Origin: Octopus vulgaris
Taxonomy: Eukaryota
Direction: 5' to 3'
Length of the DNA stretch: 64,000 nucleotides
Assembly (NCBI GenBank): GCA_951406725.2
Contig: OX597817.1
Coordinates: 88,908,001 to 88,972,000 of the forward strand
Shown here: positions 26,200 to 40,465 of the stretch, piece by piece
Position numbering within the stretch: position 1 is the first letter of the stretch
How the letters are laid out: each line of letters begins with the position of its first letter
Made by a program: the position numbers and the translations under genes
The notes under the pieces: model-generated
Seen by the model: the letters and a program-made list of their open reading frames with translations, nothing else
Told to the model about the DNA's origin: nothing
Databases searched by the model: none

Positions 26200-27711
26200 G
26201 TATGTTATGTGATGCAAGAAGGAGGCGCTGCGCTGGGGCTCAAGATTGAAAGAGATAAGATGGGTAAGCTTGTTTTTCGCCGCAGAAATGAGATTCTTGA
26301 CCTGAGCAAAGATATGAGTAGGCGAGAACTCTTCTCGGTGTGTGGAAAGCAGTTGCAGCATGGCTCCGGACAGCATGCAGCTTCATCAAGAGGCGAGCCG
26401 AAGGAGTGAAGTGGGGCGATAAAATGGAGGAGAAGACAACTGCCATGATGCAAGACGTTTTGGAGAGAGTGAGAGTGGAGGATCCAGTGAGGGGCAGCTG
26501 GAATGTGCCTGAAACAAAAACGGAGTTGTTTGGTATGATGTAAGTAGCATCGCAATAGGAGTCATCTTGGAAGTGGGGTGGGGTGTAGAGGTGGAAGATG
26601 CAGCGGGACTCAGAAAAAAGGATGATTGCAGTCACATCAATGTGGCTGAACTGGATGCTGTACTAAAGGGTTTGAACTTGACGCTGAGAGGTGGGGCTGC
26701 ACGTTTCGGAAATTCGAACTGGCATCAGTGATCAGCAATCAAAGAAGAATCCGCACAAAAAGGGGCGCGGAAATGATTGTGAAGTGGCGGTTAGGAATCC
26801 TCAGAGTGCTGGCCACTGAGTTTGGCTTGAAACTACAAGTAGTGCTTGTGCCCTCAGAAAAGAATAAGGCAGATAAGGCAGATGTGATAACCAGGGTGAA
26901 AAAGTCGTTGGTGGCGGCAGTGGATGTACAAAGTATGATGGCTGCAGCATGTCACCCGGGGGCGGGGTCAGGGCTGAGGAGTTTGCCCACCATGCACCAT
27001 ATGAGTGTAGATAGGACCCTGTTCCTGGCTAGGAAGATGGACTCTAATGTTACCAGGGTCTCTCAAAAGGCTGAGTTTAGATACGAATGGAGATACCTGA
27101 GTTTGGAATCACGACCCTTTGGGGAAGAAGGACAGTCAGCATTTGTTCAAAGTGGGGTTAGAAGTGTGGTGGAAAACCCTCTGACGCGCGGCGCACACCT
27201 CAGTGGGGGAAAGGAAGGGTGACAGCAGTGAACTCTCGTAACGACAGGTCGGTGGAAGGAATGCCACGTCACATCCTAGACGTCAGGAAGGTCGTGGCGT
27301 CCTCTAGTGATGAAGAACAAAGAGAGGGAGAGAGGTTGACACCGCATCCTTGCGATGATCCCAAAGAGAGCGTCGTCCACCTAAGTGGCTGGAAAACTAC
27401 GAAAGGTATGTAAGTGATAGTGATTGTTAGATCAGTGGGGTATGTGGTATTGAGCTGGAGCTGTGGTGAAGGCAGAAGTGGGAGAGGGCGTAGGCCCTGT
27501 CAGGAGTCCCTGAGAACGGAAGTGCCGAAGGGAGCACGCACAGCGGGGACGGGAATAGGTCAGTGTGCAGCCGGACAGCGTGAGTAGTGGACGTGTGTTA
27601 ACGACCAACAGAAGAAAACGACCACGTGGGTTGTGTGTGGACGGCCCCACCTCGAATCGACAGGCAAGAAAGTCTCAATTCTCCTTTCTCTATTTTCCCC
27701 TTCATACCACA
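26200..27711 (+). mobile_element. Gypsy-like LTR retrotransposon relic (RT thumb, RNase H, partial integrase, PPT, 3' LTR)
   Basis: RNase H-like WYDVSSIAIGVILEV, HINVAELDAVLKGLNL, VPSEKNKAD; HH of an integrase zinc finger followed by a deletion; purine-rich tract before the LTR. Confidence 0.75.
27443..27711 (+). repeat. LTR (269 bp)
   Basis: Begins tgtggtat and ends ataccaca (8-bp terminal inverted repeat, TG...CA), preceded by agtggggta. Confidence 0.8.
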
Positions 27712-27904
27712 TGTTGCTAAAGTTGCTCTCAATTGGTGTTAGTTTTACTAATGCTGATGTTGTAAAACTATTAGCATTGCTAATACAATTGTTACAGCTA
27801 ATGATGTTGTCGATGGTATCATTAGTAATGTTAGAGTTATTTCACTGTAATGCTTGTAATTGTTGTTGTCAGCCCCGATCAGTGAGACCAAGGATCAAAG
27901 TAGA

Positions 27905-28455
27905 TATGCTTTATTACTTTCTAAACTGAAGATCATTGTAGAATTTTTCATCAGCTCTGAGGGGTTGTATAAGTTTATTGCTTGTGTAGTAAGCTACGAA
28001 ATTCTTACATTCTCTCGATTTCCTGAAATTCAGACCACCTTACGGTCTCAGCAGACAAGATGGAAAATGCGTTGCCCTGGAGGATAGTGAGGGAGGTTCG
28101 CTGGAACAGTCACTCTGACTCACGTGACTCGCACTTGCGGAGAGCCATTTCCGCCCCGATAATAATGAGCAGGGATATGGTCTGGGGACTAAGAACGTTG
28201 GAGGTCTGCACTGCTACAGGCTTGACCATAAACCTGCCAGAGAGCGACCGATACTTTGACAGTTTGTTTTTCTCAGCCTGATGAACAGTGGAGTCTGGGC
28301 TGGTAACTGAACACACCAAGTTGCCGATGGAGAAGGTGTCACTGCATATGGTATCCCAGATGAAGGTCCTATTGCCAAGGAACGGAAAAAATTGTCATAC
28401 CGTCAGGCCTTTTACTGTCCCCTCGAGTTAACCTCGCTGACTCAACCTGCGGGCT
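27905..28455 (-). mobile_element. CRE-like non-LTR retrotransposon 3' fragment (RLE domain)
   Basis: KRPDGMTIF..FIWDTICSDTF..QAEKNKLSKYRSL..KPVAVQTS..RESE*LFQRTSLTILQGNAFSI. Confidence 0.75.
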
Positions 28456-28639
28456 CAAGGCTATACTTTATTTCAGTATTTTCTTCGATCATAGAATATC
28501 CTTCACTACACTATCCTACGTGTCCTTCGTTTATTAAAGACAGTATCGTGCAATTCGGCTGTTGTCTCTAGTAGGTCGAGGTGACCAGGTTGAGGCTCGT
28601 CATTGATTGCTTTTGTTGTTGTTGTTGCTGTTGCTGATT

Positions 28640-31610
<2,971 letters not shown>

Positions 31611-31796
31611 AGCATGACAAGCTCAAGGCCATTCTGTCTATAAGAATCATTAGACTCTTCCAACATCAGCAAATAGCCGCGAGGAAGAACTAAGCGCTCA
31701 CTAATTGTCTGGCTTCTTCTCGACTAATCATGTCTGCCCGTATAGCACGTTCTACCGTATAGCCAGTTATACTAACACATTTCATGACAAACATAT

Positions 31797-32150
31797 TCAT
31801 TTTTGTGAAGTATTTCGCGATTTCTTGGCTTTGAAAGAAACCATACTTAAAATAAGTATCAGTGGTATAATGATTTCGATGACATCTACTATAACCATTC
31901 TAACATTTTTGGGCTCTGTATTAAAAGTAGGATCGGTAGAGCAACGGGTTACTGTATTTTCCGACATACTATTCGACTTATGCAGTGTAAACATGCAAAT
32001 ATCGTCACCATATTTCGAAATTCTACTGCATTTCACACAAAATTTATGATTTTCCAAAGTCGTTTTGGTGTATAGGTCCAACTACCTCGTTTGGCTGGGT
32101 TTTTTTTTGGTCTGGAAACTTCGACTCGTATACAAAAAAAAAAAAATGGT
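31797..32150 (-). pseudogene. possible coding fragment of a single-pass membrane protein (Cys-containing segment, hydrophobic helix, basic tail)
   Basis: DLYTKTTLENHKFCVKCSRISKYGDDICMFTLH...VRMVIVDVIEIIIPLILILSMVSFKAKKSR*; diverged second copy at 32600-32890. Confidence 0.3.
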
Positions 32151-32179
32151 TCGATTGGCTTTCAGTTTGAAAATGTGAA

Positions 32180-32420
32180 TGTCGATGCGTCTGTAACAAA
32201 AGAATGAAAATGTAGACGGAAAGAATTCCAGAAGGATGGTGTTCTAGGGTGAAATGATTGGCTGTATTGGTTATTGTAGGGATAGTCCAAAAGGGAAGAT
32301 GCAGAATGAATGACGAGAGGAGAGGAAAAGTATGAATGATGATTATATGCAACTAGCTGGTTCAGAGGAATAGAAATTGTAATGGATGCAGGAGGCAGAG
32401 ACATAGGAAATAACACGTGA
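32180..32420 (-). mobile_element. CR1/Jockey-group LINE extreme 3' relic
   Basis: YSQSFHPRTPSFWNSF..DASTF resembles the SFFPRT..LWN.LP..FK terminus. Confidence 0.55.
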
Positions 32421-32599
32421 AACATTTTAGCATTTAAACCAGCCATATCAAACCCAGATATTCTGTTTGTTTTGTATTCAAACCGCCTAAATCCGGCCTC
32501 TCCCATCTATCCTACAATGTCATTCTAAAAATAAGTAATTACATCATCGAAATCTCCAATCTACGAAATGATGCATGATTAATTCAAAACAATATGAAT

Positions 32600-32890
32600 A
32601 AATAACATTAGATTAGTACCAGATGTATAATGATTTTGACGACATCTACTGTAACCGTTCTCTATCACTTGTGGGCTCTGTGTTAGTAGCAGAATTGGCA
32701 GAGCAACAAACCATCGTATTTTTCGGCATACAAGGCGACATGGTATATAGTGTAAACAGAAGTGTAGACATTCAAATATTGTCAATATCTTTCCCAATCT
32801 TGTTACATTTCACATGAAATTCTTGGTTCTTCAAAGTCGTCTTGTATAAATCGACTTGATTTTTGGTGGGGCTGAAAACTTGGATACTGA
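32600..32890 (-). pseudogene. diverged duplicate of 31797-32150
   Basis: VDLYKTTLKNQEFHVKCNKIGKDIDNI*...NTEP; nucleotide blocks such as gtataatgattt.ga.gacatctact.taacc and tgggctctgt are shared. Confidence 0.35.
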
Positions 32891-33559
32891 AATACGTGGT
32901 AAATGCTTTCTGGATTTTGTCATGGTTTCTTTTACATTCTAAGTTCAAATCCTTATGAGGTTAACTTTACTTTTTATCCTCTCAGAATCAATAAAATAAA
33001 GCAGCAGGCCATTAATGGGGTGAATTCAATCAATTGTTTCTCTCCTCATAAATTTCTGTCTTCATGCATATGTAAAAGAATGTCATTATGGTCAAGCAAA
33101 ATGCTTTGTTGCATGAGTTCCGGTTCTTGCATTATAAGTTCATTTCTCCCATTCTGAGTTCATTTCCCTTCGAAGTCAACTTTGACTTGTCACCCAACTT
33201 TGAGCTTTAATTAGAAACGATTGCTCCTGGTTCAAATCCCACCAAGGTCATTCTGGAATGATGAAAGGCAAATGCCGTCGAGGTCAACTTTGCCTTTCAG
33301 TCTCTCGGGGTCTATAAAATAAAATACTATTCAAGTACTGGTATCGACTTAATACCTCCCCTCAAAACTGCTGGCCTGGTGCCTAAGTCACACTTCTCTT
33401 CATTATTATTATTACTGAACGAGAGAGCGATGCATGCCATTAAAGTGGCACTAGGGTAAAATATACGAAGCCTGATGAAGGTACACCAGGCACATGCATT
33501 ACAACCATATATGCGCCACATGGTGATCTCATATCAAGATAAACAGCGTATGATCTTGT

Positions 33560-33658
<99 letters not shown>

Positions 33659-33774
33659 TAAAATTCTTCAAGGTGGTGCCCCAGCATGGCCTCAATCTAA
33701 TGACCGAGACAAATGAAAGAAAAGAAAAAATATTAGAAATACTTATACAGGCATAGCTACCTATGTGTATATAT

Positions 33775-34536
33775 GTCATTATTCAGTTTATTTCAAAATC
33801 TCTTGCTATTAGAGCAAGAACCGATTTCTAACCTAGATTCAAGGTTCCTTCATTGGAATTTTAACATCAACAACAGGGTATTTTTGTATGTATGTATGTA
33901 TGTATGTATGTATGTATGTATGTATGTATGTATGTATGTATGTATGTATGAATGTATGTATATATGCAGATCTGTATGTTTTATGTATGTATTCTCATGC
34001 ATATAGTTGCTTATCCTGACATGCTCATATATATTTAAATGATAAACTTCTGGAAAGTTTTACAGATTTTTACAGTCCCAGTGATGGATCGGATCTGTAG
34101 TCTTCGAATTAGCTTTCTCTTTTCTGGTTTTGAGAAGCCTAATTTCTCAAGATTGGTATTTAGGCAGTGTATTACATATCCCAGGGCCCCAATAATTACA
34201 GGCATTAACCTGAACTTGTAATCTGGATAGAGTAACTGCAGATTTCTCAATAGTTCAGCATAAGTGTTCTCTTTCTCTCTGAACTTCTACTTTATGTTAA
34301 CATCCGCTGTGCAGCTAATTTCCAAAACTATGCACAGTTTATCTTCTCTATCTCAAATCATTATATCAGGTCTGTTGTGCTTATATTTTATTGAAGTCTT
34401 CACTGGTACATTCCACCATGAGTGGCTATGGCTTCTACCATATTGTGGATTTTTATTTCTTTGTCCTCGGGATTATCCTTCCAACGGATTTTATTATAGA
34501 GTGTCCTAGCTATAACGTTATGTTTCATCGGTAGAC
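33775..34536 (-). mobile_element. R4-like LINE 3' fragment (RLE C-terminus plus 3' UTR with internal (CATA)n)
   Basis: HNVIARTLYN..HNRPDI..RNLQLLYPDYKFRLMPVIIGALG..TGTVKICKTF; the 3' end actgaataat resembles that of 18064-20275. Confidence 0.8.
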
Positions 34537-34645
34537 GTATGTATGTATATACGTATGTATGTATGTATGTATGTATGTATGTATGTATGTATGTATGTAT
34601 GTATGTATGTATGTATGTGTGTGTATGCATGTATATACATACATA

Positions 34646-35414
34646 TCACCTTGACCGACCAGTCCGACAGGCGTCCATTTGACACCGCTGGTCACAGCAC
34701 GCTGTCCACTCCTCTCTGGATCGCGCCTTTCTCATCCACGTGATCCCAATCGTCCTCCTGAAATCGTAACTCCACCGTCGTGGAGGTCTTCCGGGTGGTG
34801 TTTTCCGCTCGCGCGGGTACCACTCGACAACTGCGTGGGTCCACCGATTATCGGTGAGCCCGGCGACGTGTCCAGCCCATCTATACTTGGTGCGTGTATA
34901 CTCTGCGATGACATCTCTCACGCCGGACTTCTTTCTGATGATCTCGCTACTGATGTGCTCTCTCAACGAGATACCAAGCATTGACCTTTCCATAGCTCTT
35001 TGAGCCGTTACCAGTCTCTGCTCTTCTCTCTTTGTGGTAGCCCATGTTTCACTACCATATAACGTTGCAGGTAGAACTGCATTGTTACTGAGGTTGGCGC
35101 GGGTGGTCCTGTCCAACCTTCCCTTGAGCACATCCCTTATGCCATTAAACGCCTTCCATCCGGCCCTTACTCTCCGTGAGATCTCCTTTTCGATATCTCG
35201 GCACATATTCACTTCCTGTCCCAGGTAGACATATTCCTTTACCTCCTCTATTTCATCACTGCCGATCACCATTCGACCTGTTGGTACGTTGTCTGACTGC
35301 ATGAACTTTGTTTTCATGCGGTTCATCTTGAGACCTACTGCAGAGCTTTTGATGTCGAGCTCCGTCAGCATGGTCTGAAGCTGATCCGTGTTTTCAGCGA
35401 TGAGTACGATGTCA
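34646..35414 (-). mobile_element. RTE-clade LINE 3' fragment, open reading frame intact
   Basis: [60 protein letters not shown]. Confidence 0.92.
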
Positions 35415-35450
35415 TATACATCGTATTCATATATATATACATGCATACAG

Positions 35451-35482
<32 letters not shown>

Positions 35483-35536
35483 ATATATATATGTATATAT
35501 ATTTGTACATATATATGTATATATATATATGTATAC

Positions 35537-35578
<42 letters not shown>

Positions 35579-35600
35579 GTGTATATATATATGTATATAT

Positions 35601-35679
<79 letters not shown>

Positions 35680-35682
<3 letters not shown>

Positions 35683-35843
35683 GGAGAATTCACAAAAAAA
35701 ACAAAAGATGAAGACAGGTGATGCAGACAACAAACAGATGAATTAGTATAACGCTCGGGAAGTGAAAAAGTCTTTGACGTTTCGAGCCTACGAAACAAGG
35801 AGAGAAAATAAAGAATGTGTAGTGGCTAGCGATCTATCATGGC

Positions 35844-35846
<3 letters not shown>
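35680..35846 (-). mobile_element. possible Penelope pseudo-LTR remnant in (TA)n
   Basis: Minus strand has gtaggctcGAAAcgTCaaag (3' half of a minimal hammerhead, CUGA half absent); (TA)n on both sides. Confidence 0.35.
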
Positions 35847-35890
<44 letters not shown>

Positions 35891-35894
<4 letters not shown>

Positions 35895-36352
35895 TTAACT
35901 ACAGCATTGGAGCACTTTAGCTCTTATTTCTAATAATGTTGCTACTTCTTAGCACCCTAGTTACATTTAGTGATAATTATAATTCTCCTTTTAGGTGAAA
36001 CATTGCAACCTGCTGTTTATAATAACTGTATGTATACACATTAGCGAATTGCTAAATCATCCATTAATGTGGATGACGAAAACATATATACTAATAGAGA
36101 AGCAAGTCTGGAAAAAGCCGAAGAATCGAGCGGGTTTAACTGATGAGTCAACGGAAATTGCCGAAACTGACGTCAGTATCAAGAATTGCCGATCGGCATT
36201 TTTCGGGTAATTCAGGTTTCATTCATGTGCGTTAACTACGTTGGACCATTTTAGCTCTTATTTCTAGCAATGTAGGTGTTTCTTAACACCTTAATCACAT
36301 TTAGTGACAGCTATACTGCTTTTTGGTGACACATTGCAAAGTGCTGTTTATA
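35891..36352 (+). repeat. partial tandem repeat (~337-bp unit) containing a hammerhead motif
   Basis: 35891-36021 is repeated, diverged, at 36228-36352; the hammerhead lies between. Confidence 0.8.
36135..36183 (+). ncRNA. type I hammerhead ribozyme candidate
   Basis: tttaa-CTGATGA-gtcaa cggaaa ttgcc-GAAA-ctgacgtcag-TA-tcaag; palindromic stem III (actgacgtcagt), GUA site, one mismatch each in stems I and II; distal helix ggaaaaagccga / tcggcatttttc. Confidence 0.72.
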
Positions 36353-36388
36353 TTATACTATATTATATATACATATACACCTATCTAG

Positions 36389-36677
36389 GTCATGAATGAC
36401 CATGGGATTGCACCTAGAAAGTTACTCTCCGAAGTACAAGTCTGGGCAAGGTTGTTTGTGGAAGGCCAGCAGTTGCCCATGCATACCAGCCTCCCCTCTC
36501 CACAGCACTGATGTTATCCAAGGGTGTCGCAACTCATTTCTACAGCTGCGGGAACTGGAACAACTTGAAATAAAGTGACTTGCTCAAGAACACAACACGC
36601 AGCCCGGTCCGGGAATCGAACTCACAACCTCACGATCGTAAGCTCGACGCTGTAACCTCTGAGCCATGCGCCTTCAC
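36389..36677 (-). mobile_element. tRNA-type SINE, family C
   Basis: Minus-strand head gtgaaggcgcatggctcagaggtta...gagttcgattcccgg (A and B boxes), then gtgttcttgagcaagtcacttta. Confidence 0.8.
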
Positions 36678-37367
36678 AATATATATATATATATCTCATG
36701 TCCACATGTGGCTAAATATTTGTTACGTTTTTGGTCCCGCCCAAGATCACAGGTACAACTTGCTTTTTATATTGTGTCCACGTACAAGCTTCTTATCTCT
36801 ATATACTTTATATATATATATTTCATACATTTTTTCATATTTTTTACGTATTTATAGAGACATATTTATATATTTTTATTGCTTTACATATTTTTACACA
36901 TTTTTTTCTATTTTACCTTTCACTCTGCATTTTTCTTGTGCATGTGCATATTTTTAGACGTGTATTTGAATATAACTGTGCGCGTATGGGTATGTGCACG
37001 TGTGTGCGTGTGTGTTTGCGCGCGTGTGTGGATATATATACGTGTACATACATGGTTGCATATTATGTGCATCTATTGGCGTATGGGTGGGTGCACATCT
37101 GTCTGTTTCATGCGAGCCTGAGTGAGCATATGCATATAGGCACATGTACGTGTGTGTGCGTGCGTGCATGTGTATGCATGTACATGCGCGCATACGCGAT
37201 TGCTATGAGCATTTTTACTCCTTTGCTTTTGACTTCCTCCCCTTCGGTTTTTTCCCTTATTTAACGGTAATTCCAATAGCTCTTTTGTCTTAATAATGGT
37301 CATTTACATAGTAATTTCCTTTTGTTTAACGGTCATTTTCATAGCATATTTTAGGTTTGATTGCCCC

Positions 37368-37428
37368 GAGAACTGAAGAGATGCCGGAGCAGGTTTCCGC
37401 CCCGACATCCGAAACTCGGAGTTTTAGA
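37368..37428 (+). ncRNA. degenerate hammerhead ribozyme candidate
   Basis: CTGAAGA-gatgccgg...ccgacatcc-GAAA-ctcggag-TT; stems II and III are plausible, stem I is weak; ~35 bp upstream of (TA)n. Confidence 0.45.
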
Positions 37429-37459
37429 ATGGCAACTGAATAATTGTCACATATTATAT

Positions 37460-37511
<52 letters not shown>

Positions 37512-38544
37512 TACACATATACATACATAGGCATAGTTTTCAGAATTCAAGAAAAATCAGACATTCAAATGTGGATATATTATAACTTAATAAATTTAGT
37601 CTCATGACATATGTATTTCATGTTACCGAACGGGTTCATGTTGAAACCGTTCGGTAATATGAACTGTGGGGAAAAAAATTAACAATCACCGGACGTTGCT
37701 GAATAGAAGAGTATACTTTGTGTTCTTTATTAGTGAAGGCCTGTAACTTGTACATCCGGTCTATGTGCCTCAGCAATGTTATAAGAAAATCAGAATGAAA
37801 TATGAGGATGAAAAAGAATCAAAATACAGTAAAGAAAATGATGATGAAGCCCATCATATTTATGTCACTTAGATTGGCCTTTTAGCCATTGTTCAGTAAC
37901 TATTTTATCCTTTCTGTCGACAGTTCATGGTTCATTTACAAATCTAAGAACCTCATAATAATTAAGAATATTCATTTCTCCAGTGTTGCAACTTTCAACC
38001 ATTTATTTACATTTTTTTAATGTTCTCTCTCATCTCCATTTTCTATTCTATCTTGAACACGTTCCTTCATCTGTTGTAAATACTCACTCTATACTCTTTG
38101 AAGCATATCTTCCCTGCAAGTCGCTGGTGCTCCCGTGCTTGTCCCCTCTTCACGTCATTGTCAGTTCTCTCTTACTCTTTCTTTTCAATTCTCACTCCTA
38201 CTAACCATATGACAGCTTGATGCATCGGCGGGCAATGTCAATACTCTCTCTCTCTTCTCCCCTCTCTATTTGCTTTTCTTTAACCTCGCCACCAGAACCA
38301 TCACTCCTCTACTAAACGTTCTATTTCTCTCTCTGTATCACTCCCTTCAACTAACTTTTTAGCTACGTAATAGCTATTACTTCTCTCTTACCGCACGTCG
38401 TTAACATTTCTCTCCCCCTCTTTCTCTAGCGCTCTTCGCCTTTCCCTTCAGCTAATTACGTGATAGCGTAACGCATTTCGGCCTAAGCGTATTAATATAT
38501 AGATAACAACAACAGCAACAACAACAACAACAACAACAACAACA

Positions 38545-38915
38545 GGTACATGGCCTGAAATTTTAGGAAGGGGATAATCGATTCCATCGACCCCAGTACC
38601 TGAGTGGTACTTATTTTATCGACTCCGAAAGGATGAAAGGTAAAGTCGATCGCGGCGGAATTTGAACTTCGAACGTGAAAACGGTCGAAATGCTGCTAAG
38701 CATTTCGTCCGGCGTGCTAACAATTCTACCAGTTCGCCACCTTAATAACAACAACAACAGCAACAACAACAACAACGACAACACTAGTTTCAAATTTGGG
38801 CACAAGGCCAGCAATTTTAGGGAAGCAGTTAAGTCGATTACATTGACCCCAGTGCTCAAATGATACTAATTTTATCGACCGAAAGAAGATGAAAGGCCAA
38901 ATCGACCACAGTGGG
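38545..38915 (-). mobile_element. two SINE family B copies in (CAA)n/(TAA)n
   Basis: Cores at ~38600-38655 and ~38860-38905; head ending near 38742. Confidence 0.75.
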
Positions 38916-39035
38916 TGAAGGCGAGACGGATAGGGATAAAAGAAAATACGATAGGGAGGTCGAGAGTATGAGTGAAAGAAATAAAGAGAGGAAAGCGAGA
39001 TAGAGAGAGAAAGAAAGAGAGAGATCGTTAGATAA

Positions 39036-39258
39036 CTTTCTTTATTGGCCACACAGGGCTGGACACAGAGGGGACAAATACAAATGTAGAGCTTTTCTTT
39101 TCGAAGATGGAAAAGGAAAAAGAAAAAATAAAGGAAACAAATGTAAAATTTCGATCAAAAGGGATCGTGTATTACAGAAAGAAATTTTTTTAAGTAACAA
39201 ACAAGATTAGGTTCATCCGTGGAAGGAAAAGCCTACAGAGAAGACCACGGTAACCTCA
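39036..39258 (-). mobile_element. Tx1-like LINE 3' UTR fragment
   Basis: Reverse complement matches 63243-63520 (gaggttaccgtggtctt..., cagccctgtgtggccaataaagaaa). Confidence 0.8.
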
Positions 39259-39292
39259 GACAGAGAGGAAATAAACACATGAGAGCAAAGTG

Positions 39293-39329
<37 letters not shown>

Positions 39330-39383
39330 AAGATAGACAGATAGATAGATAGAGAAAAGAGAGATTGTGTATGTGCGAGTGTC

Positions 39384-39485
<102 letters not shown>

Positions 39486-40393
39486 TAAAGCAGTGTAAGT
39501 GATGTATGTACGCGTGTATATGCATATATGTAGTTGTATAGTATGTGTATATGCATATATATCAAGAGACTCGATAAGGCTAGGGATGTGATTGGGCGAT
39601 TGTAATGTGGAAAAGAGAGATAGAAACAGAAAGATAGATAGAAAAATTGAGAGGAGAGAGAAAAACAGATAGAGAGTGAATGAATGAGTAAGAGAGAGTG
39701 AGAGAGAGAGACAGAAAGAGGGGAGACATAGAGAGAGAGAATGGGTCTCAGGAGTATAGTGTGGAGGTTAGCAATCTAGCTGCGGGATTAGTGTCGGCAG
39801 TTGGGTGTGAGGAAGAGAAAAAGGTAGAGAGAAAGAGAGAAGGGGAAGGAAGATTGAACAAGGGAGAGAAAGAAGCGGGGACTGGAGGTGAATCTGTTGA
39901 TTGAATAAGCAGTAAACGGAGAGAGATAGTGATAGAGAGAAATAGAGAGAGAGAGAGAGGGAAGAGGAAAGGGTTGACTCAGTAATTAGTGAAAGGGGAT
40001 GGTGTGAAGAGGGCAAAGGAAATGAAATGAATTGGTAGGGACAGATAAAGCGGTGAACGAGTGATTAAAAAAGGTGGGGGGAAAACTGAAAGGGAGAGAG
40101 GTGATGTGAAAGAAGAAGGGAGAAAAGAAAAAAAGAAAGAAATTGCAAAGGAAAGAAAGAAAAATGACATAGAAGAGAAAAAAAGAAGGAAAAAATCAAG
40201 GAAGAAAGGGGAGAAGGAGAGTGAGAAAGAGAGAGAGAAAGAAAGAGAGAAAATGTGAGGGAATGGAAGAAAATAGAGAATGGAAGGAAAGAAGGACAAA
40301 GAAAGAAAAGAATGAAAGAAAAGCAAATACACTGAAAAGGAAAGGGAGGGGAAATAAGAAAGTAAAGAGAGATAGACAGACAGACAGACAGAC

Positions 40394-40465
<72 letters not shown>

